The notes under the pieces are model-generated. The model ran no database searches. It saw only the letters and a program-made list of their open reading frames with translations, and had not been told where the DNA came from. Positions 26,686 through 34,806 of a stretch of DNA of 36,011 nucleotides are shown here, one piece after another; within the stretch, counting starts at the first letter, position 1, and the number at the start of each line of letters is the position of its first letter. Source of the stretch: a virus (Duplodnaviria; Caudoviricetes); the IMG/VR virus record IMGVR_UViG_3300031519_004675, positions 1 through 36,011 of that record, one strand, 5' to 3'. Both the position numbers and the translations under genes were made by a program.

Positions 26686-28529
26686 TGAAGAAGTATCTGA
26701 CACATTGGTTAACAGCATTCATTACGCTGTTTGTATTAACATATGTCGGATTACAACAACCAGCATTCAAAGAAGTTTTAAAACTTAAAGTATTCGACTC
26801 TTATCTAGCAAACGATCCTTTTGCAACTGAACCATCAAAAGATATTACAATCATAACAATAGATGAAGCTGCCATAGAAAAATATGGTCAATGGCCTTGG
26901 CCTAGAGACATACTTGCTCAACTGATTGTTGATTTAAGACAAGCAGAAACTGGCATTATTGTTATGCCAATATTGTTTAGTGAAGCAGATAGATTTAGTC
27001 ATGATGAAGTTTTTTGTGAAATGTTAAAACAAGGCACAGTTATTGCTCAGGTAGGAACAACACAAAAAAGAACATCTAATCCTGTTCCTAGAGGAGTTGC
27101 AAAGATTGGTAATCCTCTTGCATTTTTATATGAGTGGCCAGGAATGGTTGGACCATATCCACCACTTGCAGAATGTTCAAACGGAGTAGGAGTAATTAAT
27201 ACTGCACCAGAGATCGATGGTGTTGTAAGAAGAGTACCATTGTTAATGAAGATTGGTAATGAAGTATATCCTAACATGGCAATCGAAACAATAAGAGTTG
27301 CAGTTGGTGATCCTAGTTATCAAGTTAAAGCAGATCAGTTTGGTATTGTTGCAATGAGAGTACCTGGTTATGATACTATAAAGACAGATGCAAACGGAAG
27401 AATATGGGTTCGTTGGAATCAAAACTTCAATACAATATCAGCATCTAGTACAGATTTTTCTCAAGCAAAAGGAACTACTATTATTATTGCAATGACAGCA
27501 GAAGGTTTGGGTGGAGTTGTTGCTACACCTATTGGGGAACAATATGATTATGTAATATCAGCAAATACATTACAAACAGTATTAGACGGAACAAATATTG
27601 AAAGATATGATTCACTTGTAGAAACTATCATTGCATTTGTATTAAGTGCTTTGATGATTGTACTAATAAGATATTCAGCATATTGGTTAATTGGACTTGG
27701 GATTTTATTTGTATCTGCAACATTACCAATATATGCTAATTTCTTTTTTATTACAAATTTATTACTTGTAGATATCACATGGATATTATTAACTTTCTTA
27801 ATAGTGGCATTTCATTCTACATTCCTAAGATTCATATTAGAGTTTAATCAGAAACAACAAATAAGAAAACAATTTGAAAAGTATCTAGACCCTAGACAAG
27901 TAGCAATATTAGTTAAAGACCCTAGTAAATTAAAACTTGGGGGAGAGAGAAAAGAAATGTCATTCTTGTTTATGGATATTGTAGGGTTTACACCTATTTC
28001 TGAATACTATAAGAACAAAGATGACCCAGAAGGTTTAGTTGATGTAATTAATGATTACTTAAATCGTATGTCAATAATAGTATTAAAGAATGGTGGAACG
28101 ATTGATAAGTACATGGGTGATTGTATTATGGCATTTTGGAATGCACCATTAGATTGTCCTAACCATGCAGAAATGGCAGTTAAGACAGGAATAGAATGTG
28201 CTGAAGAAACAGATAAAATTAAAGCAGAATTTAAAGAACGAGGACTACCAGATATTAATATAGGTTCAGGTGTCAACACAGGTACATGTATCGTAGGAAA
28301 TATGGGTAGTGAAATGAGATTAGATTATTCAGTTATCGGAGACGCTGTAAATCTAGCTGCAAGACTCGAAGCAACGACAAGGAACTACAAAGACGAGAGT
28401 GGTAAAGTTACCCCTCTACTCTATTCATCTTTTACAAAAGAACAACTCAAGAACATCAAATCAATAGAAGTTGATAAGATTAAAGTAAAAGGGAAAGAGG
28501 AGTTAATTACTATATTCAAACCAAAGTAA
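26685..28529 (+). CDS. CHASE2-domain class III adenylate cyclase
   Basis: IDEAAIEKYGQWPWPR and DGVVRRVPL (CHASE2), three TMs, FMDIVGFT, IDKYMGD, DYSVIGDAVNLAARLE, VKGK. Confidence 0.93.
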   Translation: MKKYLTHWLTAFITLFVLTYVGLQQPAFKEVLKLKVFDSYLANDPFATEPSKDITIITIDEAAIEKYGQWPWPRDILAQLIVDLRQAETGIIVMPILFSEADRFSHDEVFCEMLKQGTVIAQVGTTQKRTSNPVPRGVAKIGNPLAFLYEWPGMVGPYPPLAECSNGVGVINTAPEIDGVVRRVPLLMKIGNEVYPNMAIETIRVAVGDPSYQVKADQFGIVAMRVPGYDTIKTDANGRIWVRWNQNFNTISASSTDFSQAKGTTIIIAMTAEGLGGVVATPIGEQYDYVISANTLQTVLDGTNIERYDSLVETIIAFVLSALMIVLIRYSAYWLIGLGILFVSATLPIYANFFFITNLLLVDITWILLTFLIVAFHSTFLRFILEFNQKQQIRKQFEKYLDPRQVAILVKDPSKLKLGGERKEMSFLFMDIVGFTPISEYYKNKDDPEGLVDVINDYLNRMSIIVLKNGGTIDKYMGDCIMAFWNAPLDCPNHAEMAVKTGIECAEETDKIKAEFKERGLPDINIGSGVNTGTCIVGNMGSEMRLDYSVIGDAVNLAARLEATTRNYKDESGKVTPLLYSSFTKEQLKNIKSIEVDKIKVKGKEELITIFKPK

Positions 28530-28549
28530 TTTGCTTTATGCTATTTTTG

Positions 28550-28581
28550 CCCTTGACAAAAGGATAAAAATAGTGTAGTTT
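28550..28581 (+). promoter_or_regulatory. Sigma70-type promoter upstream of non-coding element
   Basis: CCC-TTGACA 28553-28558, 17 bp, TAGTTT 28576-28581. Confidence 0.6.
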
Positions 28582-28584
28582 AGT

Positions 28585-28728
28585 AGTGTAGTCGGAGCTT
28601 AAGGCCTTTGTAGGACACAATTTCATTGAGATTGCTGTCACATCATCGGTAAGACGATGCACCCTAGAACGATTAATTTTCGAATTAATCTACCCACAGT
28701 CTGAATTTGGCCATTCAGAGACTACACT
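28585..28728 (+). ncRNA. Putative structured ncRNA (multi-branch, unidentified family)
   Basis: Closing stem AGTGTAGTC/GACTACACT, four internal hairpins including GATTAATT-TTCG-AATTAATC and TCTGAAT-TTGGCC-ATTCAGA; starts at predicted TSS. Confidence 0.65.
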
Positions 28729-28737
28729 CTAAATAAT

Positions 28738-28820
28738 AGGGAAATGTACGAAAAATGAGGAATCACCTAAAAAACGGGGCGCTAGCATCGCCGAGCAACC
28801 TGCCTAAAGAGGTCTTCCCT
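28738..28820 (+). ncRNA. Second putative structured RNA (cloverleaf-like)
   Basis: AGGGAA/TTCCCT closing three short hairpins. Confidence 0.4.
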
Positions 28821-28864
28821 TACTATGCCACCCCCAAAAAAGCATGCTTTTTAAGGAAAATTAA

Positions 28865-28896
28865 CCCTTGACATTATAGGGGATTTAGTGTATTAT
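28865..28896 (+). promoter_or_regulatory. Sigma70-type early promoter
   Basis: CCC-TTGACA 28868-28873, 17 bp, TATTAT 28891-28896. Confidence 0.8.
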
Positions 28897-28903
28897 GAGA
28901 TCA

Positions 28904-29014
28904 ATGATTAAAATTATATTATGGATAATCGTAGGAATGATTCTTGTTCAATTGCCATGGAGTGGTATATTTGAAGCTTTGGGTTATTTCTTTTTAGAAC
29001 TTGCTAACAGATAG
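28904..29014 (+). CDS. 36-aa membrane peptide (not in ORF track)
   Basis: MIKIILWIIVGMILVQLPWSGIFEALGYFFLELANR; ATG at predicted TSS. Confidence 0.5.
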   Translation: MIKIILWIIVGMILVQLPWSGIFEALGYFFLELANR

Positions 29015-29022
29015 GAGTACCA

Positions 29023-29331
29023 GTGGCATACGAAAGACAATTTAAACATAAGAAACAATATCAATCAAAAGAAGGTGGATATAAAAAACCTTTTAAGAAA
29101 GATGACAATTATAGGAAACCTGAAGGTCTAGAGGTTATTGTAAGAAACAATGACATACAAAAGGCTTTAAGGAAACTTAAACGTATGGTCAAAGATTCTG
29201 GTCTTCTAGAAGATATGAAGAATCATGCACACTATCGCAAGCCGAGTGAAATCAAAAGAGAAAAAAGAAAAGCAGGAATTGCTCGTTGGAAAAAGAAAAG
29301 AAAAGATATTAGAAACGATAAGGGATATTAA
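29023..29331 (+). CDS. rpsU: Ribosomal protein bS21 with N-terminal extension
   Basis: VIVRNNDIQKALRKLKR...G...HYRKPSEIKREKRK; AGGAG SD before GTG. Confidence 0.88.
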   Translation: MAYERQFKHKKQYQSKEGGYKKPFKKDDNYRKPEGLEVIVRNNDIQKALRKLKRMVKDSGLLEDMKNHAHYRKPSEIKREKRKAGIARWKKKRKDIRNDKGY

Positions 29332-29332
29332 A

Positions 29333-29599
29333 ATGATAAAAATATATACTGGCCCCAATTGTGCCTTTTGCGTTCAAGCAAAAAATTTACTACAAAGAAA
29401 TAATAAAACTTATACTGAACTACCTATACAAGAGGGAACTAACTTAAATGAAATGTTAACTCTTTCTCAAGGTATGAGAACGGTGCCACAAATTTTTATT
29501 GATGATGTTCACATTGGTGGATATGATCAGTTAAGAGAATATGAAAAAAGTGGTCAATTAAATAAAACTCTTCTTACAGAAGACGGTGATAATGGATAA
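29333..29599 (+). CDS. grxC: Glutaredoxin 3-like
   Basis: CAFC, RTVPQIFI..HIGGYD; start moved to ATG 29333. Confidence 0.9.
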   Translation: MIKIYTGPNCAFCVQAKNLLQRNNKTYTELPIQEGTNLNEMLTLSQGMRTVPQIFIDDVHIGGYDQLREYEKSGQLNKTLLTEDGDNG

Positions 29600-29960
29600 T
29601 GATAATCAACCACCTGAAGATAAAGAAAAAGGAAATATCGTAAAAGGCCCTTGGTTAGATGATAACGATATTTCAAAAGAAGTTATAGAAGAGATTGAAA
29701 GAATTGCACAACAAGACGCAATAGATAGAGCAAATGCAACAAAACCATACGAAGAAAAGATTGTTGTAAGTTTAATTGAATATTTCCAAAAAGCAAATAG
29801 TAGAAAGCATCAACTAAAACAATTATCAGATTTAAATAATAGTAAATCAAGTATGATTGAGGGATTGAGATTAGAGAATAAGAAGTTAAAAGAGATTATT
29901 ACAATACTTGAAAAAGATATTAAAATCTTACAAGTGGCAGCTGGAGACGATAAGGAATGA
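29592..29960 (+). CDS. Hypothetical protein
   Basis: ORF coupled to neighbours; NIVKGPW motif; C-terminal coiled coil. Confidence 0.55.
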   Translation: MDNDNQPPEDKEKGNIVKGPWLDDNDISKEVIEEIERIAQQDAIDRANATKPYEEKIVVSLIEYFQKANSRKHQLKQLSDLNNSKSSMIEGLRLENKKLKEIITILEKDIKILQVAAGDDKE

Positions 29961-30805
29961 TTATAATTGACATGAATCAAATTAGTGTTGCTAGTTTAAT
30001 GATGCAATTAGCAATGGATAAGACTAAGATTGTAGAAGAGGATAAAGTAAGACACATGATCCTTAACTCTATCAGAATGTATAGATCACAATTTCACGAA
30101 GAGTATGGTGAGGTTGTACTTGCATATGACAGTAAACATTATTGGCGTAGAGATTTCTTTCCTAATTATAAACAGAATAGAAAAAAGTCAAGAGACAAAG
30201 ATAATAATGATTGGGAATCTATATTTAATTGTCTAAACAAAATTAAACAAGAAATTAAAGATTATCTTCCTTACAAACATCTTGAAGTAGATGGCGCTGA
30301 GGCAGATGATATAATTGCCACACTAGCAAAAAATTATCAAGAAGAAAAAATGATGATAATTAGTGGGGATAAAGACTTCATACAACTACATAAATATAAG
30401 CAAGTACGACAATATAGTCCTATACTAAAAAAGTTAGTAGAGGGTCATGATCCGATTGACTATATAAATGTACATATGTTAAAGGGAGATTCGTCTGATG
30501 GTGTTCCTAATGTATTGTCAAATGACAATGTATTTGTTGAAGGCTTAAGACAAAGACCTCTAAGTAAGAAGAAGATTGAAGCGTGGAAAGACGGTATGTT
30601 TGAAGGTACTATGGCAACTCAAGAGATTATAAGAAATTATGAACGTAATAAGACACTTATTAATCTAGATCATTGTCCTAGTGAATTACAAGAAAATATC
30701 CTACAAACTTATACTGAAGCACCATGTGGTGATCGAAGTAAAATATTAACTTTCTTTATCGATAATCGATTAAAGGAATTAACTGAAAGTATAGGAGACT
30801 TTTAA
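29957..30805 (+). CDS. rnh: T4-like RNase H (5'-3' exonuclease)
   Basis: IIDMNQI, YWRRDFFPNYK, EADDII, ISGDKDFIQL, KGDSSDGVPN. Confidence 0.93.
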   Translation: MIIIDMNQISVASLMMQLAMDKTKIVEEDKVRHMILNSIRMYRSQFHEEYGEVVLAYDSKHYWRRDFFPNYKQNRKKSRDKDNNDWESIFNCLNKIKQEIKDYLPYKHLEVDGAEADDIIATLAKNYQEEKMMIISGDKDFIQLHKYKQVRQYSPILKKLVEGHDPIDYINVHMLKGDSSDGVPNVLSNDNVFVEGLRQRPLSKKKIEAWKDGMFEGTMATQEIIRNYERNKTLINLDHCPSELQENILQTYTEAPCGDRSKILTFFIDNRLKELTESIGDF

Positions 30806-30806
30806 T

Positions 30807-31283
30807 ATGCCAACAAGCAATGCGTTAGAAAATTCTGGTTCAAGTTTATTGATGTCAGAAATTTTAGAGAAAATACATAAAGCGAAAACAAAAGCTGATA
30901 AACTAAAAATCTTGAAAGAGAATGATACAGCAGCTTTAAGAATGGTTCTTAAATCATCTTTCGATCCTAAGATCGTATGGGTGATGCCAGTAGGTGAAGT
31001 ACCATTTAAACGAAATGAGGTTCCAATGGGAACTGAACATACAAGACTTTCTTCTGAGGCAAGAAAATTATATCACTATGTAAAAGGTGGTGATAATGAT
31101 ACACCTCAACTTAGAAAAGAAACAATGTTTATTCAAATGTTAGAAGGTCTACACGAGTCAGAAGCTGATGTTATTATAGCTGCAAAAGATAAAAAATTGC
31201 ATCAAGTATATAAAGGATTATCTAAAGACTTAGTTAGAACTGCTTTTGATTGGAACGAAGACTTTAATAGAAAAGAAGCATAG
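30807..31283 (+). CDS. Conserved T4-like phage hypothetical protein
   Basis: RKETMFIQMLEGLHESEA motif; usual neighbour of rnh in marine T4-like phages. Confidence 0.65.
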   Translation: MPTSNALENSGSSLLMSEILEKIHKAKTKADKLKILKENDTAALRMVLKSSFDPKIVWVMPVGEVPFKRNEVPMGTEHTRLSSEARKLYHYVKGGDNDTPQLRKETMFIQMLEGLHESEADVIIAAKDKKLHQVYKGLSKDLVRTAFDWNEDFNRKEA

Positions 31284-31291
31284 GTGGTAAG

Positions 31292-31840
31292 ATGCAAGTT
31301 TCTGATTATATCAGAACTTTTCACAAACTTGATAGTGTAATTTGTAACGACTTAATTCAGTATTACAAAGAACATGGGTCTTGGAGTGAGTCAACATTCT
31401 CATCAAATACAGAAAACACTGGTAAGTCTAGTGTTAGTATGAATCAGTATTGGGTTACACCAAAAGATAAGTTTTATAATATTTTAAATAAAACTTTTAA
31501 AAGTGCTGTTGATGATTATATAAAAGAATATACTCGCATCACACCAGTGGCATATACTGCCTTTAGATTAAATCATTATGCAGAAGGTGGGTTTATGAGA
31601 AACCATACTGACAATATTTACAAAAGTCATGGTCAGCAATATGGATATCCTCATTTAACTTCACTAGTATTTCTTAATGATGACTATGAAGGTGGTGAAT
31701 TTCTTATGTGTAATTCTACACAAAAATTTAAACTTAAACAAGGTAGCGTAATTGTATTTCCTAGTAACTTTATGTTTGATCATGAAGTTGCCAAAGTTAC
31801 AAAGGGAAATCGTTATACCTGCATGACATGGGTAATGTAA
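31292..31840 (+). CDS. 2OG-Fe(II) oxygenase (prolyl-4-hydroxylase-like)
   Basis: HTD, LNDDYEGGEF, FPSNFMFDHEV, GNRY. Confidence 0.88.
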   Translation: MQVSDYIRTFHKLDSVICNDLIQYYKEHGSWSESTFSSNTENTGKSSVSMNQYWVTPKDKFYNILNKTFKSAVDDYIKEYTRITPVAYTAFRLNHYAEGGFMRNHTDNIYKSHGQQYGYPHLTSLVFLNDDYEGGEFLMCNSTQKFKLKQGSVIVFPSNFMFDHEVAKVTKGNRYTCMTWVM

Positions 31841-32439
31841 TGAGAAAATTAAATCATCAGAAAATCTTTCCTACACATATTTTTCAAATGGATAATTTTT
31901 ATGGTTTCAGAAAGGAACTATTAGATAACATTCATTTAAGTTATGAACCACACATACCAAATTGGCAATCAAGACCAAATTTACATCAATCAGAAAACTT
32001 CAAAAACTTTTCAGATCAAATTTTAGAAACAAGTAAAGAAGCAATTAGAACATTAAAATATGATTTTGATGATATTCGTATTACGGATATGTGGGCAAAT
32101 GTATTGAAACCAGGTGAGTATCATGCCCCACACACACATTCAAATAATTTCCTAAGTGGCGTATGGTATGCAGAAGCAGAGAATACTTCTGGCATCTGTT
32201 TTTCTGATCCTAGAACACAAGCAAATGTAATAGTACCATCATCAAATCCTAATATCGATACTGCAACCGTCCTAGAATACAAGGCCGAATCGAATCGAAT
32301 CTACCTATTTCCTAGTTGGATTTCTCATTGGGTTCCTGTATTAAAGGAGAACAAAACTAGAACATCTGTATCTTGGAATGTTCAATTGTACGGAAACGTA
32401 GGAAAATCAACCACTTATCAGAGTGCTTTTTTTCAATAA
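31840..32439 (+). CDS. Putative 2OG-Fe(II) oxygenase (TIGR02466-like)
   Basis: MWANV, HTH, LSGVWY, FPSWISHWV, RTSVSWN. Confidence 0.85.
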   Translation: MRKLNHQKIFPTHIFQMDNFYGFRKELLDNIHLSYEPHIPNWQSRPNLHQSENFKNFSDQILETSKEAIRTLKYDFDDIRITDMWANVLKPGEYHAPHTHSNNFLSGVWYAEAENTSGICFSDPRTQANVIVPSSNPNIDTATVLEYKAESNRIYLFPSWISHWVPVLKENKTRTSVSWNVQLYGNVGKSTTYQSAFFQ

Positions 32440-32452
32440 AATGCCAAATTAA

Positions 32453-32484
32453 CCCTTGACTTATACTAGTCTGTATGTTATGAT
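32453..32484 (+). promoter_or_regulatory. Sigma70-type early promoter
   Basis: CCC-TTGACT 32456-32461, 17 bp, TGn-TATGAT 32479-32484. Confidence 0.8.
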
Positions 32485-32511
32485 TAGTAATAATAAAAAA
32501 GAGAGGTTAAT

Positions 32512-32871
32512 ATGTACAAAGTAGAAAAAACAGCAGAAACACTTTTTGAGGGTGTTACTAACATGACCAATGGTGCCAAAGAGGACTATATTAAAATGTC
32601 AACTAGGGGCGAAGAAGAACTATCTGGTTATTGTAAACAACAAGTTGATACTTGGGATGACCAAATCAAAGTAAAAGCTGGACAAAAGTATATCAAAATA
32701 ATTAGAGATCATTCAGTATTTGCGTTTGTGAATATCAAAAATCCTAACTTTAAAGTTGGAGATATATTCAAACCTGCGGGTTTTAACAAACCTGCTTTGA
32801 ATGCAGCGAGAGGAAACGTTCTTGAGGGTGGATACCACATTCAATGGACTGGTCCTTTATATTTAAAATAA
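32512..32871 (+). CDS. Conserved phage early hypothetical protein
   Basis: KYIKII...SVFAFV...GDIFKPAG..KPA..ARGNV motif; GAGG SD. Confidence 0.7.
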   Translation: MYKVEKTAETLFEGVTNMTNGAKEDYIKMSTRGEEELSGYCKQQVDTWDDQIKVKAGQKYIKIIRDHSVFAFVNIKNPNFKVGDIFKPAGFNKPALNAARGNVLEGGYHIQWTGPLYLK

Positions 32872-32884
32872 CAGAGAGGTGAAT

Positions 32885-33061
32885 ATGAAAACAACATTTT
32901 TTGGAATTATATTTATGCTGTCAACGGTAGTTGCAGTAGGAAGTATTGAAGATTGTCAAGGTGCCTGTATGGGCAATGAGAATTGGTTACTGTTTGCAGT
33001 AGCAACTGTCGTTATGATAGTGAGTGCATTGCTAACTGTGATATATCAATACGAAGACTAA
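32885..33061 (+). CDS. Small two-TM membrane protein
   Basis: GAGG SD; two hydrophobic segments flanking a CxxxC loop. Confidence 0.55.
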   Translation: MKTTFFGIIFMLSTVVAVGSIEDCQGACMGNENWLLFAVATVVMIVSALLTVIYQYED

Positions 33062-33070
33062 TTACGAGTT

Positions 33071-33156
33071 TGGCTCTTGCGACCTCTCAACCTCATCATC
33101 AAATGCAAGAGTCACACATCCACACTATATTATGAGGTTGTTTGAAACGTGGGTGT
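33071..33156 (+). ncRNA. Putative kissing-loop structured RNA
   Basis: 10-bp and 8-bp hairpins whose loops carry complementary CAACCTCAT / ATGAGGTTG. Confidence 0.6.
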
Positions 33157-33161
33157 ATAAA

Positions 33162-33202
33162 GTAGGGGAGCGACATTCTGTTATGCTCCCCTACACTTTT
33201 TT
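33162..33202 (+). terminator. Rho-independent terminator
   Basis: GTAGGGGAGC...GCTCCCCTAC perfect 10-bp stem followed by ACTTTTTT. Confidence 0.85.
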
Positions 33203-33211
33203 AAAGAGATT

Positions 33212-33508
33212 ATGATGAATAAAAAAGAACGATTACAAAAAGCAAAAAAAGATCATTACAAATGGATTAGATCACTTGGCGTTGATATAGACATATCAAC
33301 TGGCAAAATAAATGCAGAGTTTGTAGGGAATCCTTTTCCTAATTACAAATCAGATAGAGTCACACCACCCACTTCTGATAAAATATGTGGCATTGGTGCA
33401 AAAAAATACTATCCTACTTTGATACTACCAGAAGGTAAGGCGATTAGTATCGCTTACAACAAAGGTGCGTATCAGATAGTAGATAAGGAAGATTTAAAAC
33501 ATGGGTAA
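33212..33508 (+). CDS. Conserved phage hypothetical protein
   Basis: C-terminal IAYNKGAYQIV motif. Confidence 0.6.
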   Translation: MMNKKERLQKAKKDHYKWIRSLGVDIDISTGKINAEFVGNPFPNYKSDRVTPPTSDKICGIGAKKYYPTLILPEGKAISIAYNKGAYQIVDKEDLKHG

Positions 33509-33752
33509 ACATTTAAAGACCTCTATGGACGAAAAAGTAATTGCTTATCTAGCAATAGAATTATATAAGAAAGACCCTCTAAACACAACATTAAACAAGT
33601 TTATGAGTATGAAAAACGAAGAAGGTTATACTTTAACAAAAATAATAAATAAATTTAAAGATACGGGTGAATACCCCGATCACTATAATACAGATGGTAC
33701 ATGGAAGTATCCTGGTGGGAAAATATCTTTTGAGGAATTTGCTAAAACGTAA
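33501..33752 (+). CDS. Hypothetical protein
   Basis: AAGGAA SD, coupled ORF. Confidence 0.55.
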   Translation: MGKHLKTSMDEKVIAYLAIELYKKDPLNTTLNKFMSMKNEEGYTLTKIINKFKDTGEYPDHYNTDGTWKYPGGKISFEEFAKT

Positions 33753-34237
33753 TGGAAAAGAAGTTTATAGGAAATATAGTTGGTGTTGATGGTGGCACAA
33801 AGAAACAACGTTCAGACGTTTATGAAATGTCATTTTGGTTTATTGATAACTATCTTGCTAGACATAGATCACTAGACATAGACATATGGCTAAGACCAGC
33901 AAAAGATATTGATGATTGTCATGGGTTTGTTGAACGTGGTGACAATGGACGACAACACTATGAAATAGAATTAAACAAAGAATTAAAAGGTGATGATTTT
34001 ACAACATTAGTATTTCATGAACTAACACATGTATTACAATACGCAAAAGGTTTATTAAAAGATTTAAACAAAAAAGGAACTAAGGTTTGGTGGCGTGGTT
34101 TTCAATATGAAAATTTTGATTATTATAAACAACCTTGGGAAAGACAAGCATACAGAAAACAAGAAACTATTAACAAAGCTTGGAAAGAGTATGTAAAAAC
34201 AAGGAAAAAAAAGATATTGACAATTGATGTCAAATGA
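33752..34237 (+). CDS. Zincin-like metallopeptidase
   Basis: FHELTHVLQY (HExxH) and Y..QPWERQA. Confidence 0.75.
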   Translation: MEKKFIGNIVGVDGGTKKQRSDVYEMSFWFIDNYLARHRSLDIDIWLRPAKDIDDCHGFVERGDNGRQHYEIELNKELKGDDFTTLVFHELTHVLQYAKGLLKDLNKKGTKVWWRGFQYENFDYYKQPWERQAYRKQETINKAWKEYVKTRKKKILTIDVK

Positions 34238-34245
34238 TATAGAAT
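34217..34245 (+). promoter_or_regulatory. Sigma70-type promoter
   Basis: TTGACA 34217-34222, 17 bp, TAGAAT 34240-34245; ATG 6 nt downstream. Confidence 0.7.
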
Positions 34246-34251
34246 AGAATC

Positions 34252-34806
34252 ATGAACATATTTGAATTACATAAAGACCCAACAATTTGTGCTGAAATGC
34301 ATCTAGATAAACATATTGTTAAGATGCCTGTTGAATATGCTCAATTATTGAGTACAGCTCATAGGGTTCTTGACGGAACTGAATACATCGGTGAAACTAA
34401 GACAGGTCGTAAAGCAAAACGATGGCGATTAGATGATGATAGAGAAAATGTTTTATACAAAGCATCACATGTAAAACACCCAGATGGTATATGGTTAAGA
34501 CAAACATCAGGTAATTACTACAAACTATTCTTTTTATACATGGCTACTCTTGCAGAATTTACATATAGATACGGAAAAATACATGGTGCAAGTAAACCCT
34601 CATTATATTTACAGAGAGCACCTAAAAACATACCAGAGGGTCCTATAACTGAATTACCACAATGTATGCCAGACTATTGCAAAGGCGATAATGTTATTGA
34701 AGCATATCATAAATATTATATCAATGAGAAAAAAGGTTTTGCATCGTGGAAAGGCAAAATACAATCAAGATCAATTCCGTCTTGGTACTCGGAGGTCAAT
34801 GCCTAA
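34252..34806 (+). CDS. Pyrimidine-dimer DNA glycosylase (DenV)-family-like protein
   Basis: MNIF...DKHIVKM..EYAQLLSTAH, HP...W, E...RYGKIH, PQCMPD. Confidence 0.65.
   Translation: MNIFELHKDPTICAEMHLDKHIVKMPVEYAQLLSTAHRVLDGTEYIGETKTGRKAKRWRLDDDRENVLYKASHVKHPDGIWLRQTSGNYYKLFFLYMATLAEFTYRYGKIHGASKPSLYLQRAPKNIPEGPITELPQCMPDYCKGDNVIEAYHKYYINEKKGFASWKGKIQSRSIPSWYSEVNA

Noticed and set aside
26685-28529. Pycsar/CBASS-type defence cyclase
   Set aside because: Architecture is CHASE2-3TM-class III with purine (ATP) specificity residues and no adjacent TIR or cNMP-binding effector
28585-28728. Retron msr-msd or hammerhead ribozyme
   Set aside because: No reverse transcriptase in the window; no CTGANGA/GAAA core
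28734-28804. Cobalamin riboswitch resemblance (AATAGGGAA ... ACCTGCC)
   Set aside because: Intervening core (T-loop hairpin, CCCGC/GCCACTG B12 box) is absent and the span is too short
28738-28830. Canonical tRNA or tmRNA gene
   Set aside because: No GTTCRA T-arm, no proper 7-bp acceptor stem with correctly placed CCA, no tag frame recognised
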